DNA of 46,831 nucleotides from a bacterium (GTDB lineage Bacteria; Patescibacteriota; Minisyncoccia; 2-02-FULL-40-12; IGHO2-12-FULL-4), in the NCBI GenBank assembly GCA_030647955.1, contig JAUSIQ010000018.1, positions 1 through 46,831 of the forward strand, written 5' to 3'. The notes beneath the pieces were generated by a model, which worked only from the letters and a program-made list of their open reading frames with translations, ran no database searches and had not been told where the DNA came from. The position numbers and the translations under genes are program-made. Positions 9,333 to 17,569 of this stretch are shown one piece after another (position 1 is the stretch's first letter; each line of letters opens with the position of its first letter).

Positions 9333-9701
9333 TTATAAGTATTCTCTTAACTTCTTTCCGGCATCTTCATTTAAAAAGAGGGATTTATAGAGAAAGTCTT
9401 TAGCGCCTAAGGACATGGCTTTATCCACATCATCAGAGCGCTGTAAATTAGAAAACACTACCACTTTTAAGTCTTTTAGTTTCTGGTCCTTTCTGATCTC
9501 TTCTAGTACATCAAAGCCATTCTTCTTGGGCATTAAAAGATCCAGCAAAAGTATGTCGGGTCTTCTTTTATGAATCGCCTTTAAGACCTCTTCGCCATCT
9601 TTTACGACTAAAACCTCGTAACCCGATCGTTCCAAAAATGCAGTGCAAATCTGCCCACAGTCTTCATCGTCCTCGCCAATCACCACATAAGGATAAGCCA
9701 T
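9333..9701 (-). CDS. Stand-alone response regulator receiver protein
   Basis: GEDD, PDILLLDLLMPKKNG, VFSNL, GAKDFLYK. Confidence 0.92.
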   Translation of the reverse strand: MAYPYVVIGEDDEDCGQICTAFLERSGYEVLVVKDGEEVLKAIHKRRPDILLLDLLMPKKNGFDVLEEIRKDQKLKDLKVVVFSNLQRSDDVDKAMSLGAKDFLYKSLFLNEDAGKKLREYL

Positions 9702-9752
9702 AACAACCTAATGCATTATTTTCATAAGTATACCATAAAAATTATCCCCAAC

Positions 9753-9777
9753 AAAAAGCCCCGCTAAGAGCGGGGCT
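9753..9777 (-). terminator. Intrinsic terminator
   Basis: AGCCCCGCT-AAG-AGCGGGGCT with U-tract on the minus strand. Confidence 0.75.
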
Positions 9778-9803
9778 CATTCGAACTCAATTAACAGATT
9801 GAA

Positions 9804-9959
9804 CTAGGGCTGGACGGGTGTTCTTCGTTGCATCAGTCGTACAATTAACATGATAATTGCCACCACCAGAAAGAGATACAAAAAGCCTCCGAAAGTATAC
9901 GAAGCGATAAGCCCAAATAGCCACAAAGCTAAAAAGATGACAAATAAAGCAACGAGCAT
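9804..9959 (-). CDS. lmo0937/DUF5670-like small membrane protein (51 aa, not in ORF track)
   Basis: MLVALFVIFLALWLFGLIASYTFGGFLYLFLVVAIIMLIVRLMQRRTPVQP, followed by a terminator. Confidence 0.85.
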   Translation of the reverse strand: MLVALFVIFLALWLFGLIASYTFGGFLYLFLVVAIIMLIVRLMQRRTPVQP

Positions 9960-9963
9960 ACGT

Positions 9964-10043
9964 AGAAAGTTAAAAGTTTATAAAGTTTTAAAGTTAACGT
10001 TAACTTTAAAACTTGAAGAACTTTACGAACTTGATGAACTTTT
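9964..10043. repeat. Degenerate 7-9-bp AAAGTT/AACTT repeat array centred on a perfect 32-bp palindrome
   Basis: 9983-10014 AAGTTTTAAAGTTAACGTTAACTTTAAAACTT is self-complementary; units invert at the centre. Confidence 0.85.
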
Positions 10044-10118
10044 TATTCACTTGATAACTAAGTATTTAATTTCGACCTGATGCCGTAATTTACCCAAAAT
10101 AAATGAATAAATTGTGAG

Positions 10119-10913
10119 TTACTTTCCGACCACAATCATAGCGGTTTTTACCTCTACAATCGGAACATGCGAGCCGGTCTCATAATCCTGGAGAGCGTTT
10201 TCTAAGACATCGACAGAGTAACGATACCCTACCCCTTTCGTCTTTAGACCCGGATCGTTAGTGATAAATTCACGAGTATTCGGATCATAGCCGATAATGA
10301 TCATCATATGGTGTAAGGGGCCCGGCGCGGTGTAAAAAGGGTTGCCCACTAATTGACCATTAACCGGTACGATCACCACATGGTCATTTTTTAGTTCAGC
10401 GATAATATCGTCTTTATCGATATTATGCTTAACCGAAACATTTTGGTGTCCATAATAACCTCGAATAATCCACTCCGCAGTATCTTCGGCTGAAGTATCC
10501 CGAAAGTTATTATATTTTTTGGAGAGGTAAGTTGAAACGGCCAAAACCTCTTCCAAGGCTTGCTGGGGAGTAAAAGACCCTCGTCCCCGTACCCAAGCCA
10601 TAGCCATAGCCGAGGAAGCCTCTTCGCAGCCATCCTGCTGACGTGGATCAGACCATTCTCCCAAAGCGGCTTGAGAGATATAGGGAACCTTTTGTAAAAG
10701 TAATCCGCTACTACCAGGAGAAGTAGTGGGCTTAACCGCAGGAGAAGCGGTTCGAGTCGGAGTAGAAGAGGCCTGGGGGTAGGGAGTAAATTTATCTAAA
10801 AGTGAACTCATTGGCCGAGGTTGATCGTCACGCATGTAGCCAAACGAAAACCATCCGGCGATTAAAAGGGCCGGGATAGCAGCTAAAGCAATCATTTTTC
10901 GTTCATTACTCAT
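10119..10913 (-). CDS. C39-like family peptidase, membrane-anchored
   Basis: KVPYISQA, QDGCEEAS (Cys), HHMMIIIGYD, FITNDPG. Confidence 0.88.
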   Translation of the reverse strand: MSNERKMIALAAIPALLIAGWFSFGYMRDDQPRPMSSLLDKFTPYPQASSTPTRTASPAVKPTTSPGSSGLLLQKVPYISQAALGEWSDPRQQDGCEEASSAMAMAWVRGRGSFTPQQALEEVLAVSTYLSKKYNNFRDTSAEDTAEWIIRGYYGHQNVSVKHNIDKDDIIAELKNDHVVIVPVNGQLVGNPFYTAPGPLHHMMIIIGYDPNTREFITNDPGLKTKGVGYRYSVDVLENALQDYETGSHVPIVEVKTAMIVVGK

Positions 10914-10975
10914 GTTTTAAATTTTACTTGATTTTTTATGATAAAGAAATTAAAATCCCGCAGTGGCGGGACTAC

Positions 10976-11164
10976 TTATCTTTTTTTGTATTGAATTTGT
11001 GGGACCATGCGGTTGGTCTCGATGACCTTGTCCTGCTTGTCCTGCCTGGCACGGCAATTCTGAACAAACAGTACAAAAAGCCATGACATTGCTCCACATA
11101 AGATAATCAGGAGCAAAGAAGCGCCCACAGCATTTTCATTTACCTGACCAGTATCTTCCGACAT
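10976..11164 (-). CDS. Small hypothetical membrane protein
   Basis: AGGAG RBS upstream, one TM, hairpin downstream. Confidence 0.6.
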   Translation of the reverse strand: MSEDTGQVNENAVGASLLLIILCGAMSWLFVLFVQNCRARQDKQDKVIETNRMVPQIQYKKR

Positions 11165-11240
11165 TAGCCTTCTCCTTTGTAAATATCTTTTTGTAATAAT
11201 ACTCTATATTGTAGATAATGTCAAAATAGAGTCCCACCAG

Positions 11241-11269
11241 TTGACATGTACATTGATTTTCTTTATAAT
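11241..11269 (+). promoter_or_regulatory. Consensus sigma70 promoter
   Basis: TTGACA-17bp-TATAAT. Confidence 0.8.
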
Positions 11270-11292
11270 CTGAAGACTCTCTCTGGGTATAA

Positions 11293-13368
11293 ATGCCTGT
11301 ATTTACAGCGCAAATGATGAGAATTCCTTCATTTTTCAAAAAAATCTACTCTTCTTATCCTTTCAAAACGGGAGTTTTAGCGGCCGTTTATTTTTTGACG
11401 GCTAAATTTGGACTAACTTTTGAGCCGGTCAGCGGCTTTGCAACCCTGGTTTGGCCCGCTACGGGAATTGCCATGGCGGCTTTAATACTTTCGGGCTATA
11501 AACTATGGCCAGGAATATTCGTGGGTGCTTTTTTGGCCAATTATCAGGCCGATGCTCCCCTGCTAGTCGCCGCCGGGATCGGACTTGGTAATGCCCTGGA
11601 AGCCCTGGCGGCCTATTATCTTTTAAACCGCTTCCTGAAATTTAGAAGTAACATGGAGCGCTTGAAAGATGTCTACGGTTTCATCCTTTTAGCGACTGTA
11701 TTAGCCACTACTCTAAGCCCCACTATTGGTATCATTAGCCTGCTCATTGGTAACGTCATTGATACCGCGGCCATTCCCTCCACTTGGTGGACCTGGTGGG
11801 CGGGAGATATTTTAGGAGCCTTAATCTTTGCTCCGCTTCTTTTGACCTGGTTGACCACTAAGACAGAACCTAACGCAGAACTTTCTGTCTCACGACGTAT
11901 AGAAATACTCATCTTGGTTATTACCGTAGTGTTCACGGGTTTTATGATTTTCGGAGACTTCAGCATACCGATTTTCTATACGCGTAGTCCGGAAATTCCT
12001 TATCAGGCTTTATTACCAATGATCTGGGCGGCATTACGCTTTGGGCCTCGAGGAACTTCTCTGACAGTTTTGGGATTAGCCATAATCGCTATTTGGGGTA
12101 CCACTTTAGGATTTGGTCCATTTTCCGGTAGAATGCTCAACCAAGATTTACTTTATCTCCAGATGTTCTTAGGAGTGGGAGCAGTGACCTCTCTGCTAAT
12201 TACTGGCAGTATTGCTGAAAATAAAAATACTCAGGAAAGCGTTAAAGACATCGCCAGACAGCTTAACGACGCTCAACTCATGGCCCATATTGGTAACTGG
12301 GAGTGGGATATCAATACCAATATCGTGAAGTGGTCAGATGAGCTCTATCGCGTTTTCGGCATCACTCCTCAAGAATTTGAAGGCACACTGGAGGCATACT
12401 TAACGCGCGTTCATCCTGAAGAGCAGAAGATAATTAAAGATATAATTCAAAAATCTTTACAGACTAGACAACCCTTTGATTTTTTTCATCGCCTAATTCG
12501 TCCTGACGGCACCATTCACATTATCCATGGACAAGGCCGTCCGATCGTCAACTCTTCCGGAAAAGTCATCCGCATGTACGGCATCGCTCAAGACGTTACT
12601 CACCAGAAAAAACTCCAAGAATCTTTGGAGATAAGCGCTAAAGAACTGGAAAGCGCTCTGTTAGAAATTAAAGCCGTCAACCAAACTAAAGACGAGTTCT
12701 TGGCTATCTTGGCCCACGAACTACGTAATCCCTTAGCACCTCTCAAAAGCAGTTTGGAATTAATGCACATGGAAGAAGCCCAATATCCAGGCATAGGCGA
12801 CTCCATTGATGTCATGGATAGACAGGTAGAGCACATGAGTCGCCTCCTTGACGATCTATTAGATATCTCCCGCGTATCACGCGGAAAAATTGATCTACAT
12901 AAAGAATGTCTCGACGCTAGAGAAATTGTCAAAAAAGCCATCGAAGATACCTCTACTTTAATTGAAAAATACGACCACACTCTTAGTGTGGAGATCTCAC
13001 CAGAACCGCTCTGGGTAATGGCTGATCCGGTCAGATTGGAACAAATCATCATCAACCTGATCAATAACGCCGCTAAATATACCCCGCCAGAAGGAAAAAT
13101 TAGTGTTAGCGCCGGCCAGGAAGATAGCATGGCTACCATTCAGGTAAGAGACACTGGTATTGGTATTCCTCCCGAATCACTGTCGAAAATATTTGAACTA
13201 TTCTCTCAATTGGACAAATCCCTCTCGCGTCGAGAAGGAGGGTTGGGTATTGGCTTGAAGCTCGTAAAAACTTTAGTGGAGCTACACGGTGGTAAAGTAG
13301 AAGCCTTTAGTAAAGGTCCCGGCCAAGGCAGTGAATTTATCGTGCGCTTACCACTCCTAAAAGCATAG
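11293..13368 (+). CDS. MASE1-PAS histidine kinase
   Basis: MASE1 (WPATGIA, WWAGDILG, WAALRFG), PAS (GNWEWDI..WSDELYRVFG), KDEFLAILAHELRNPLAP, GGLGIGL; exact start uncertain. Confidence 0.94.
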   Translation: MPVFTAQMMRIPSFFKKIYSSYPFKTGVLAAVYFLTAKFGLTFEPVSGFATLVWPATGIAMAALILSGYKLWPGIFVGAFLANYQADAPLLVAAGIGLGNALEALAAYYLLNRFLKFRSNMERLKDVYGFILLATVLATTLSPTIGIISLLIGNVIDTAAIPSTWWTWWAGDILGALIFAPLLLTWLTTKTEPNAELSVSRRIEILILVITVVFTGFMIFGDFSIPIFYTRSPEIPYQALLPMIWAALRFGPRGTSLTVLGLAIIAIWGTTLGFGPFSGRMLNQDLLYLQMFLGVGAVTSLLITGSIAENKNTQESVKDIARQLNDAQLMAHIGNWEWDINTNIVKWSDELYRVFGITPQEFEGTLEAYLTRVHPEEQKIIKDIIQKSLQTRQPFDFFHRLIRPDGTIHIIHGQGRPIVNSSGKVIRMYGIAQDVTHQKKLQESLEISAKELESALLEIKAVNQTKDEFLAILAHELRNPLAPLKSSLELMHMEEAQYPGIGDSIDVMDRQVEHMSRLLDDLLDISRVSRGKIDLHKECLDAREIVKKAIEDTSTLIEKYDHTLSVEISPEPLWVMADPVRLEQIIINLINNAAKYTPPEGKISVSAGQEDSMATIQVRDTGIGIPPESLSKIFELFSQLDKSLSRREGGLGIGLKLVKTLVELHGGKVEAFSKGPGQGSEFIVRLPLLKA

Positions 13369-13370
13369 GC

Positions 13371-13413
13371 TTACTTTCCACACCTCCTGCGCTTTTTTTC
13401 CGTATTTTGGCAT
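13371..13413 (-). pseudogene. Short relic resembling the DUF6496 N-terminus
   Basis: Reads MPKYGKKAQE and then loses similarity. Confidence 0.4.
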
Positions 13414-13484
13414 AAAAAAATAGTATTCAGTATACGGTATTTTGTATATAATATGCGGATGAAATTGGCATTAAAAACCCGTCA

Positions 13485-14090
13485 TTAGACGGGGTGAATG
13501 TGAGCTCGAGGATCGAGGGGATGGCGTTTCTTCCAAGCATTGAGTGCATATTCAAATTCTTCCAACAAATGGAGACGATACTTCGCGCAAAAGATCAGCA
13601 ACCTTTCACCACTGCCCCACTCCGCCGCTTTAGCAAATTCATGACGACGGGCTAATGGATGCTTTAGCTCGGCGTTCGGGCGAAACCCTCGTTTAACCGT
13701 CAGCCACATTTCGTAAACTTCATGCTCGATAATGACCGGTAAAAGATCAAAAAAATCTTCTCCGTCCGGTGTAAAAAAACTTACGTCAATACTGATGTAA
13801 GCCGTGCTGACCCGATCTTGATATACATTATCACTTTCCACTCCATTCTCAGTATTGGTTATGGTTAAAGTGGAGTGCCTATTAAATCCCAGACAGGCTC
13901 TGGCTGGAGAGTTAAGATCAACATCCAGATGCGCATTAAGCGCCTTCTCAAACTGCTTGTGCTCTTTTGCCGAAGCTAACTTTACTCTGGAGCGAGCAAG
14001 GGCAAAAAAAGATTTTTTCTGTTCTAGCGGAGTCCCTTCGATTTTAAAAGGTGCTTCAAGAAAAACATAATCCGGAAGATTGCTTTCCAT
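13485..14090 (-). CDS. Hypothetical protein with HExxE..H putative metal-binding motif
   Basis: IIEHEVYEMW...KHPLARRHE; purine-rich RBS upstream. Confidence 0.75.
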   Translation of the reverse strand: MESNLPDYVFLEAPFKIEGTPLEQKKSFFALARSRVKLASAKEHKQFEKALNAHLDVDLNSPARACLGFNRHSTLTITNTENGVESDNVYQDRVSTAYISIDVSFFTPDGEDFFDLLPVIIEHEVYEMWLTVKRGFRPNAELKHPLARRHEFAKAAEWGSGERLLIFCAKYRLHLLEEFEYALNAWKKRHPLDPRAHIHPV

Positions 14091-14181
14091 CTCTTTTCCT
14101 TCACTACCTTTCTTTACAATTAGTATATACCCTAATTCTATAATTAATCAAATAACAGCAAAATTCCTGCACGCAGGCGCG

Positions 14182-14210
14182 AAAAAAGGGATGATCGCGC
14201 ATCCCCCTTC
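14182..14210 (-). terminator. Intrinsic terminator
   Basis: Minus strand AAGGGGGATG-CGCGAT-CATCCCTTTTTT. Confidence 0.75.
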
Positions 14211-14211
14211 A

Positions 14212-14370
14212 ACAAAGAACCGTGCTCTCCGTCACCTACCCAAAGCCAAGATGTTACTCCGGCTAAGTTGCCCGCTTCCTGTTAGGAGTGGCGGGTCTCT
14301 TCAAGGATTGATCTTATCTCCCCCGAAGTGAGTAGGCGTAACGGAAAGTTAGAACTGACAAAGAACAACT
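14212..14370 (-). ncRNA. Candidate structured RNA (rod with central bubble) flanked by boxA-like GTTCTTTG motifs
   Basis: Minus strand CTTTCCGTTA(CG)CCTACTCA pairs with TGGGTAGGTGACGGAGAG (18 bp, 3 G-U). Inner TAAGAT/ATCTTG stem and apical CCCGC..GCGGG hairpin. Confidence 0.45.
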
Positions 14371-14385
14371 GACTAACCCTGGACG

Positions 14386-15279
14386 CTAGGCGCCCGCTTG
14401 ATGTTGCTGCCGCACTCTTGCTGCCGCACCCTCCTGACGCTCGTGTTGGGCGATGTGCCGACTGATGTTGTGAGCCCGGATGCGCTGCTCTGTGCATAAC
14501 GAGCACCGATAGAAGGCAACCAGCTCTGGATTATCAGTTGCCGCTGGATCGCGCTGATACGAGTCTAGCGCAAACACGACCTGCCGATCTCCGCACAAGG
14601 ACCGAACCTCTCGGTGGATGTGTACTTGGTCCGGGTCTGGAATTTGCTGCGCAACAGGGGTGGCCCATTGCGAACTTCGCCAGCGCGCCTGCAGAATCGC
14701 GGCCAGCAGGCCTAGCCCCAAGATAAACGCAGAAACCACCAGGAGAATTACCGTCTTCCGACCGAAGCTCTGCGCGAGCAGGGCTTCGGTCGCGTCCAGA
14801 CGCTGCTGGATAATACTCTTGTCCGTCTTCAGTCCGACTACCTCTTTTTGGGAGTCGCCCAGAGCTTTCTGGTTGCGAACTAACTCCACTTGAGCCGTCG
14901 CTAGCGATTGCCGCAGGTTACCAAGAAGAAGCCGCTCCTTTCGACGAAGAGACTCTCCCTGATCGTACTGCAGAATCAGCCGTGAAAACCTTACTACAGG
15001 AGCCGGCGGAGCCTTGAATTGGTAATCCGGTCTGATTCGGACTGATTTCCCCGCCGGAAGATAACGCAGACTATCTGGACTAATCCGGTTGTCGGCCATC
15101 ACCTGGGCGATCCATCCCTGATTGTACCCGGCCCTTTCGAGAGCTTGGGACAAGCCCTCGCCCGGCTTTAGCCGCAAAGTATGACTGTGCGCTTGCGCAG
15201 CCACTGCCGTCGCCACGAAGAGCCACGTGGCTCCTATCGCGATCAGCAACGTTCCAAGGATCTTACCAAACGTTTTCAT
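14386..15279 (-). CDS. Membrane protein: signal/TM, LysM-like domain, coiled coil, TM, C-terminal C2H2 zinc finger
   Basis: GGAGG RBS before ATG 15279; LKPGEGLSQAL..ADNRI..LPAGKSVRI; CSLC-x12-HIAQH; visibly GC-rich. Confidence 0.8.
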   Translation of the reverse strand: MKTFGKILGTLLIAIGATWLFVATAVAAQAHSHTLRLKPGEGLSQALERAGYNQGWIAQVMADNRISPDSLRYLPAGKSVRIRPDYQFKAPPAPVVRFSRLILQYDQGESLRRKERLLLGNLRQSLATAQVELVRNQKALGDSQKEVVGLKTDKSIIQQRLDATEALLAQSFGRKTVILLVVSAFILGLGLLAAILQARWRSSQWATPVAQQIPDPDQVHIHREVRSLCGDRQVVFALDSYQRDPAATDNPELVAFYRCSLCTEQRIRAHNISRHIAQHERQEGAAARVRQQHQAGA

Positions 15280-15376
15280 CCCTGCCTCCCTTTCTGGAGA
15301 CTTCTGTCGTGTCGCGAGCATTACCCTTGTAGAACCACACGCGCTATGTTAATTATAGCGTCCGAATCTGTAGGAA

Positions 15377-15685
15377 TTATGAAAACAAATCTACCCTATC
15401 CATCTCAGCCATAATTGCCGCATACAACAGCTGGTTTTGCTCTTGGAGAGCCTGATATTGAGCCATATTAAAAAGTTCCCAAGCCTGATCAATATCCCCC
15501 GCCACCAAGCATAGTCGCGCTAAACGGCAGGTAAACTCAATTTCCGCTTCAGACGTTTTCGCCAATTTTCTCTCTTCTTGCTTTGTCCATTTTTGGATAA
15601 CTGCTCTATCTCCTGATTGAATAGCTTCGATCATCTCTTGTTCTGACACTTCTTCTTTATTTGACGGTGGTAATTCTTTATTCAT
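15377..15685 (-). CDS. Hypothetical helical (TPR-like) protein
   Basis: LARLCLVAGDIDQAWELF; leaderless promoter. Confidence 0.75.
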   Translation of the reverse strand: MNKELPPSNKEEVSEQEMIEAIQSGDRAVIQKWTKQEERKLAKTSEAEIEFTCRLARLCLVAGDIDQAWELFNMAQYQALQEQNQLLYAAIMAEMDRVDLFS

Positions 15686-15771
15686 TCTAAAATTTTAGCA
15701 TAACCCGTTTAAACTGAAAAAGATTACTCCACCTCCTTTAAAAATTCTTTCAATTTAATCAATGCCTGTTT

Positions 15772-15954
15772 TTATTTTTTAAAGCTGGCATGAAAGAGCC
15801 CACCGGTGATTAGAAAGGCCGCCCAACTTAACCATTGCGGCACCATCCAACCCGCAATACTAACTTCCCAGCCGAAGATGATCCGCGTCAGATGTACCGC
15901 GGCAATAATCGCAAAGACTATCCCTGTCACCAGCCGATAATTTTTGTTTTTCAT
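15772..15954 (-). CDS. Small 2-TM membrane protein
   Basis: IFAIIAAVHLTRIIFGW..VPQWLSW pattern. Confidence 0.8.
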   Translation of the reverse strand: MKNKNYRLVTGIVFAIIAAVHLTRIIFGWEVSIAGWMVPQWLSWAAFLITGGLFHASFKK

Positions 15955-16011
15955 ATATCTTCATTTTACCACCTCTGGTCTTTAAATAAAAAAACCGAGC
16001 AAAGCTCGGCG

Positions 16012-16605
16012 TTACACTCCACACGGACCCCATTGATGTAAATCGCAGAAATGGAGGCAGGCTTCATGGCTCTCCCAAAATTGCGGACAGCCCGCACCAT
16101 TTTTGGCCCGGCCCAGAAATTCTTCTCGAGGCGGAAGGCGAAAATCGGCCGGAACTTTTTCAGGAAGAACACTGTATAAATCTCTATAATCCTGCGCTGT
16201 CCGAGGACGATCAAGAATATCACGATGCTTTACAATGGCCTGCTGGATTTTAATTAATTCGCCTAGCAACTCTTCCCAAAACATCGACCCAATGTCCTCA
16301 TTCCATCGAGCGGAATCTAAGATCGCATCGGGCGAAACCGGATCAGGCTCTTCCGTTCGGCAAAATTCATAGAACATCACACACAGGCTCATTTTCACCT
16401 GCATCGGCATGCTGTTTAGAAAATATGCCGAGAAGCGAGGAGTGTCCTCCACGAAAGCCCAGATTTTATAATCATCCAGAAAGCAACGATCATCCCCCCT
16501 CTGATCACGACTATACCGTAATGCCTCTCGCCGTTCTTTTATGGCCACCAATAATTCATCTCGAGACAATCGCATCAACTTATGCGGTTCGTAAGAGATA
16601 ATCAT
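16012..16605 (-). CDS. Hypothetical Cys/His-containing protein with an internal two-unit repeat
   Basis: RDQRGDDRCFLDD; second similar helical unit; C-terminal C..FWESH..C..C..H; 5 nt downstream of NADAR. Confidence 0.8.
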   Translation of the reverse strand: MIISYEPHKLMRLSRDELLVAIKERREALRYSRDQRGDDRCFLDDYKIWAFVEDTPRFSAYFLNSMPMQVKMSLCVMFYEFCRTEEPDPVSPDAILDSARWNEDIGSMFWEELLGELIKIQQAIVKHRDILDRPRTAQDYRDLYSVLPEKVPADFRLPPREEFLGRAKNGAGCPQFWESHEACLHFCDLHQWGPCGV

Positions 16606-16610
16606 CTCGC

Positions 16611-17108
16611 CTACTCCTTCCTGGAATTTCTTAACTCTTCCCTAAGCTTCATCCAAATTTTGCCCATGTGATTTTGGCCATTCCAATCCGGACCACGACC
16701 CCAGAAAGAATCCTTCGGAGAATCCTCAACTATTTCTGCATCTCCGGTAGCCAATAATTTTCCCTGAATGTAGGGATGTTGATCAAGCTTGGACCGAACA
16801 ATGCTTTCCATGATCTTCAGTTTAACTTTCTTCCAATCCGCTCTGATTTTATCCTTAAACTTCTTGGCCAACTGTTTAGCTTCGTGAGGCGAACGGGACA
16901 TTTTGATCAACTCTAAAATTTTCGGCTCTAAAATAAATTTAGAAGCCTGATAGGCATGCTCTACCGTATACCAGTCTATTCCACCCCAAGCAACCCTAAA
17001 CGCCGAAAAATTATCGTAAATCCAATTTTTGTGAGTATAGAAAAGAATTTTCTCTGACTGGCTGTCTCCATGACATCCTGGATTCATAACCATACTCCTT
17101 ATTTTCAA
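16611..17108 (-). CDS. NADAR (YbiA-like) family protein
   Basis: DNFS, TVEHAYQASKF, K..QHP, LLATGDAEIVEDSPKDSFWG, GQNHMGKIWMKLR. Confidence 0.93.
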   Translation of the reverse strand: MKIRSMVMNPGCHGDSQSEKILFYTHKNWIYDNFSAFRVAWGGIDWYTVEHAYQASKFILEPKILELIKMSRSPHEAKQLAKKFKDKIRADWKKVKLKIMESIVRSKLDQHPYIQGKLLATGDAEIVEDSPKDSFWGRGPDWNGQNHMGKIWMKLREELRNSRKE

Positions 17109-17138
17109 AGATAGTTAAATATACAATATTTAATACAA

Positions 17139-17474
17139 TTGTCAAACTATTATTTTACTGAGTTGATAGAAAAATGGGTCTTGGGAACTAAAGCAGGTTC
17201 GGACGTTCTCAATCGTCTTTGTCAAAATACCGCTCAAAAGATTTTGCAATTTTTAGGAGAAGCCTCCTACTTCACTTCCTATGTCGACAAAAGCCGAGCA
17301 CATCGCGCGCTTAATACTCTGCCTCGCGTGCGCAAACAACTCGACTCGATTTATAAAGAAATTATCAGTAGTGGCTTGGCGGAAGCCGTGATCGTTCACG
17401 ACAGTTTTGACCGCGTTCTCGGCTACGTGGCCAACATGGCAGAAATCAGCATCGACCAAGCCCTTTTGCAGTAA
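17139..17474 (+). CDS. Hypothetical protein, weak PhoU-like C-terminal motif; start uncertain, possibly a fragment
   Basis: SFDRVLGYVANMAE resembles the PhoU ERxxDxxxNIAE motif; followed by a hairpin. Confidence 0.45.
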   Translation: MSNYYFTELIEKWVLGTKAGSDVLNRLCQNTAQKILQFLGEASYFTSYVDKSRAHRALNTLPRVRKQLDSIYKEIISSGLAEAVIVHDSFDRVLGYVANMAEISIDQALLQ

Positions 17475-17569
17475 AACAAAAGCCCCGCTTGGGGCTTAAC
17501 TTCTACTACTGGTACCATTACCGCCTCTTTCTCTAGATCTCTCTTGATGCATCGTCTATCCACAGTTTC

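Noticed and set aside
9850-10080. 76-aa + strand ORF
   Set aside because: Antisense to the better-supported 51-aa membrane gene and runs through a stop-poor repeat array.
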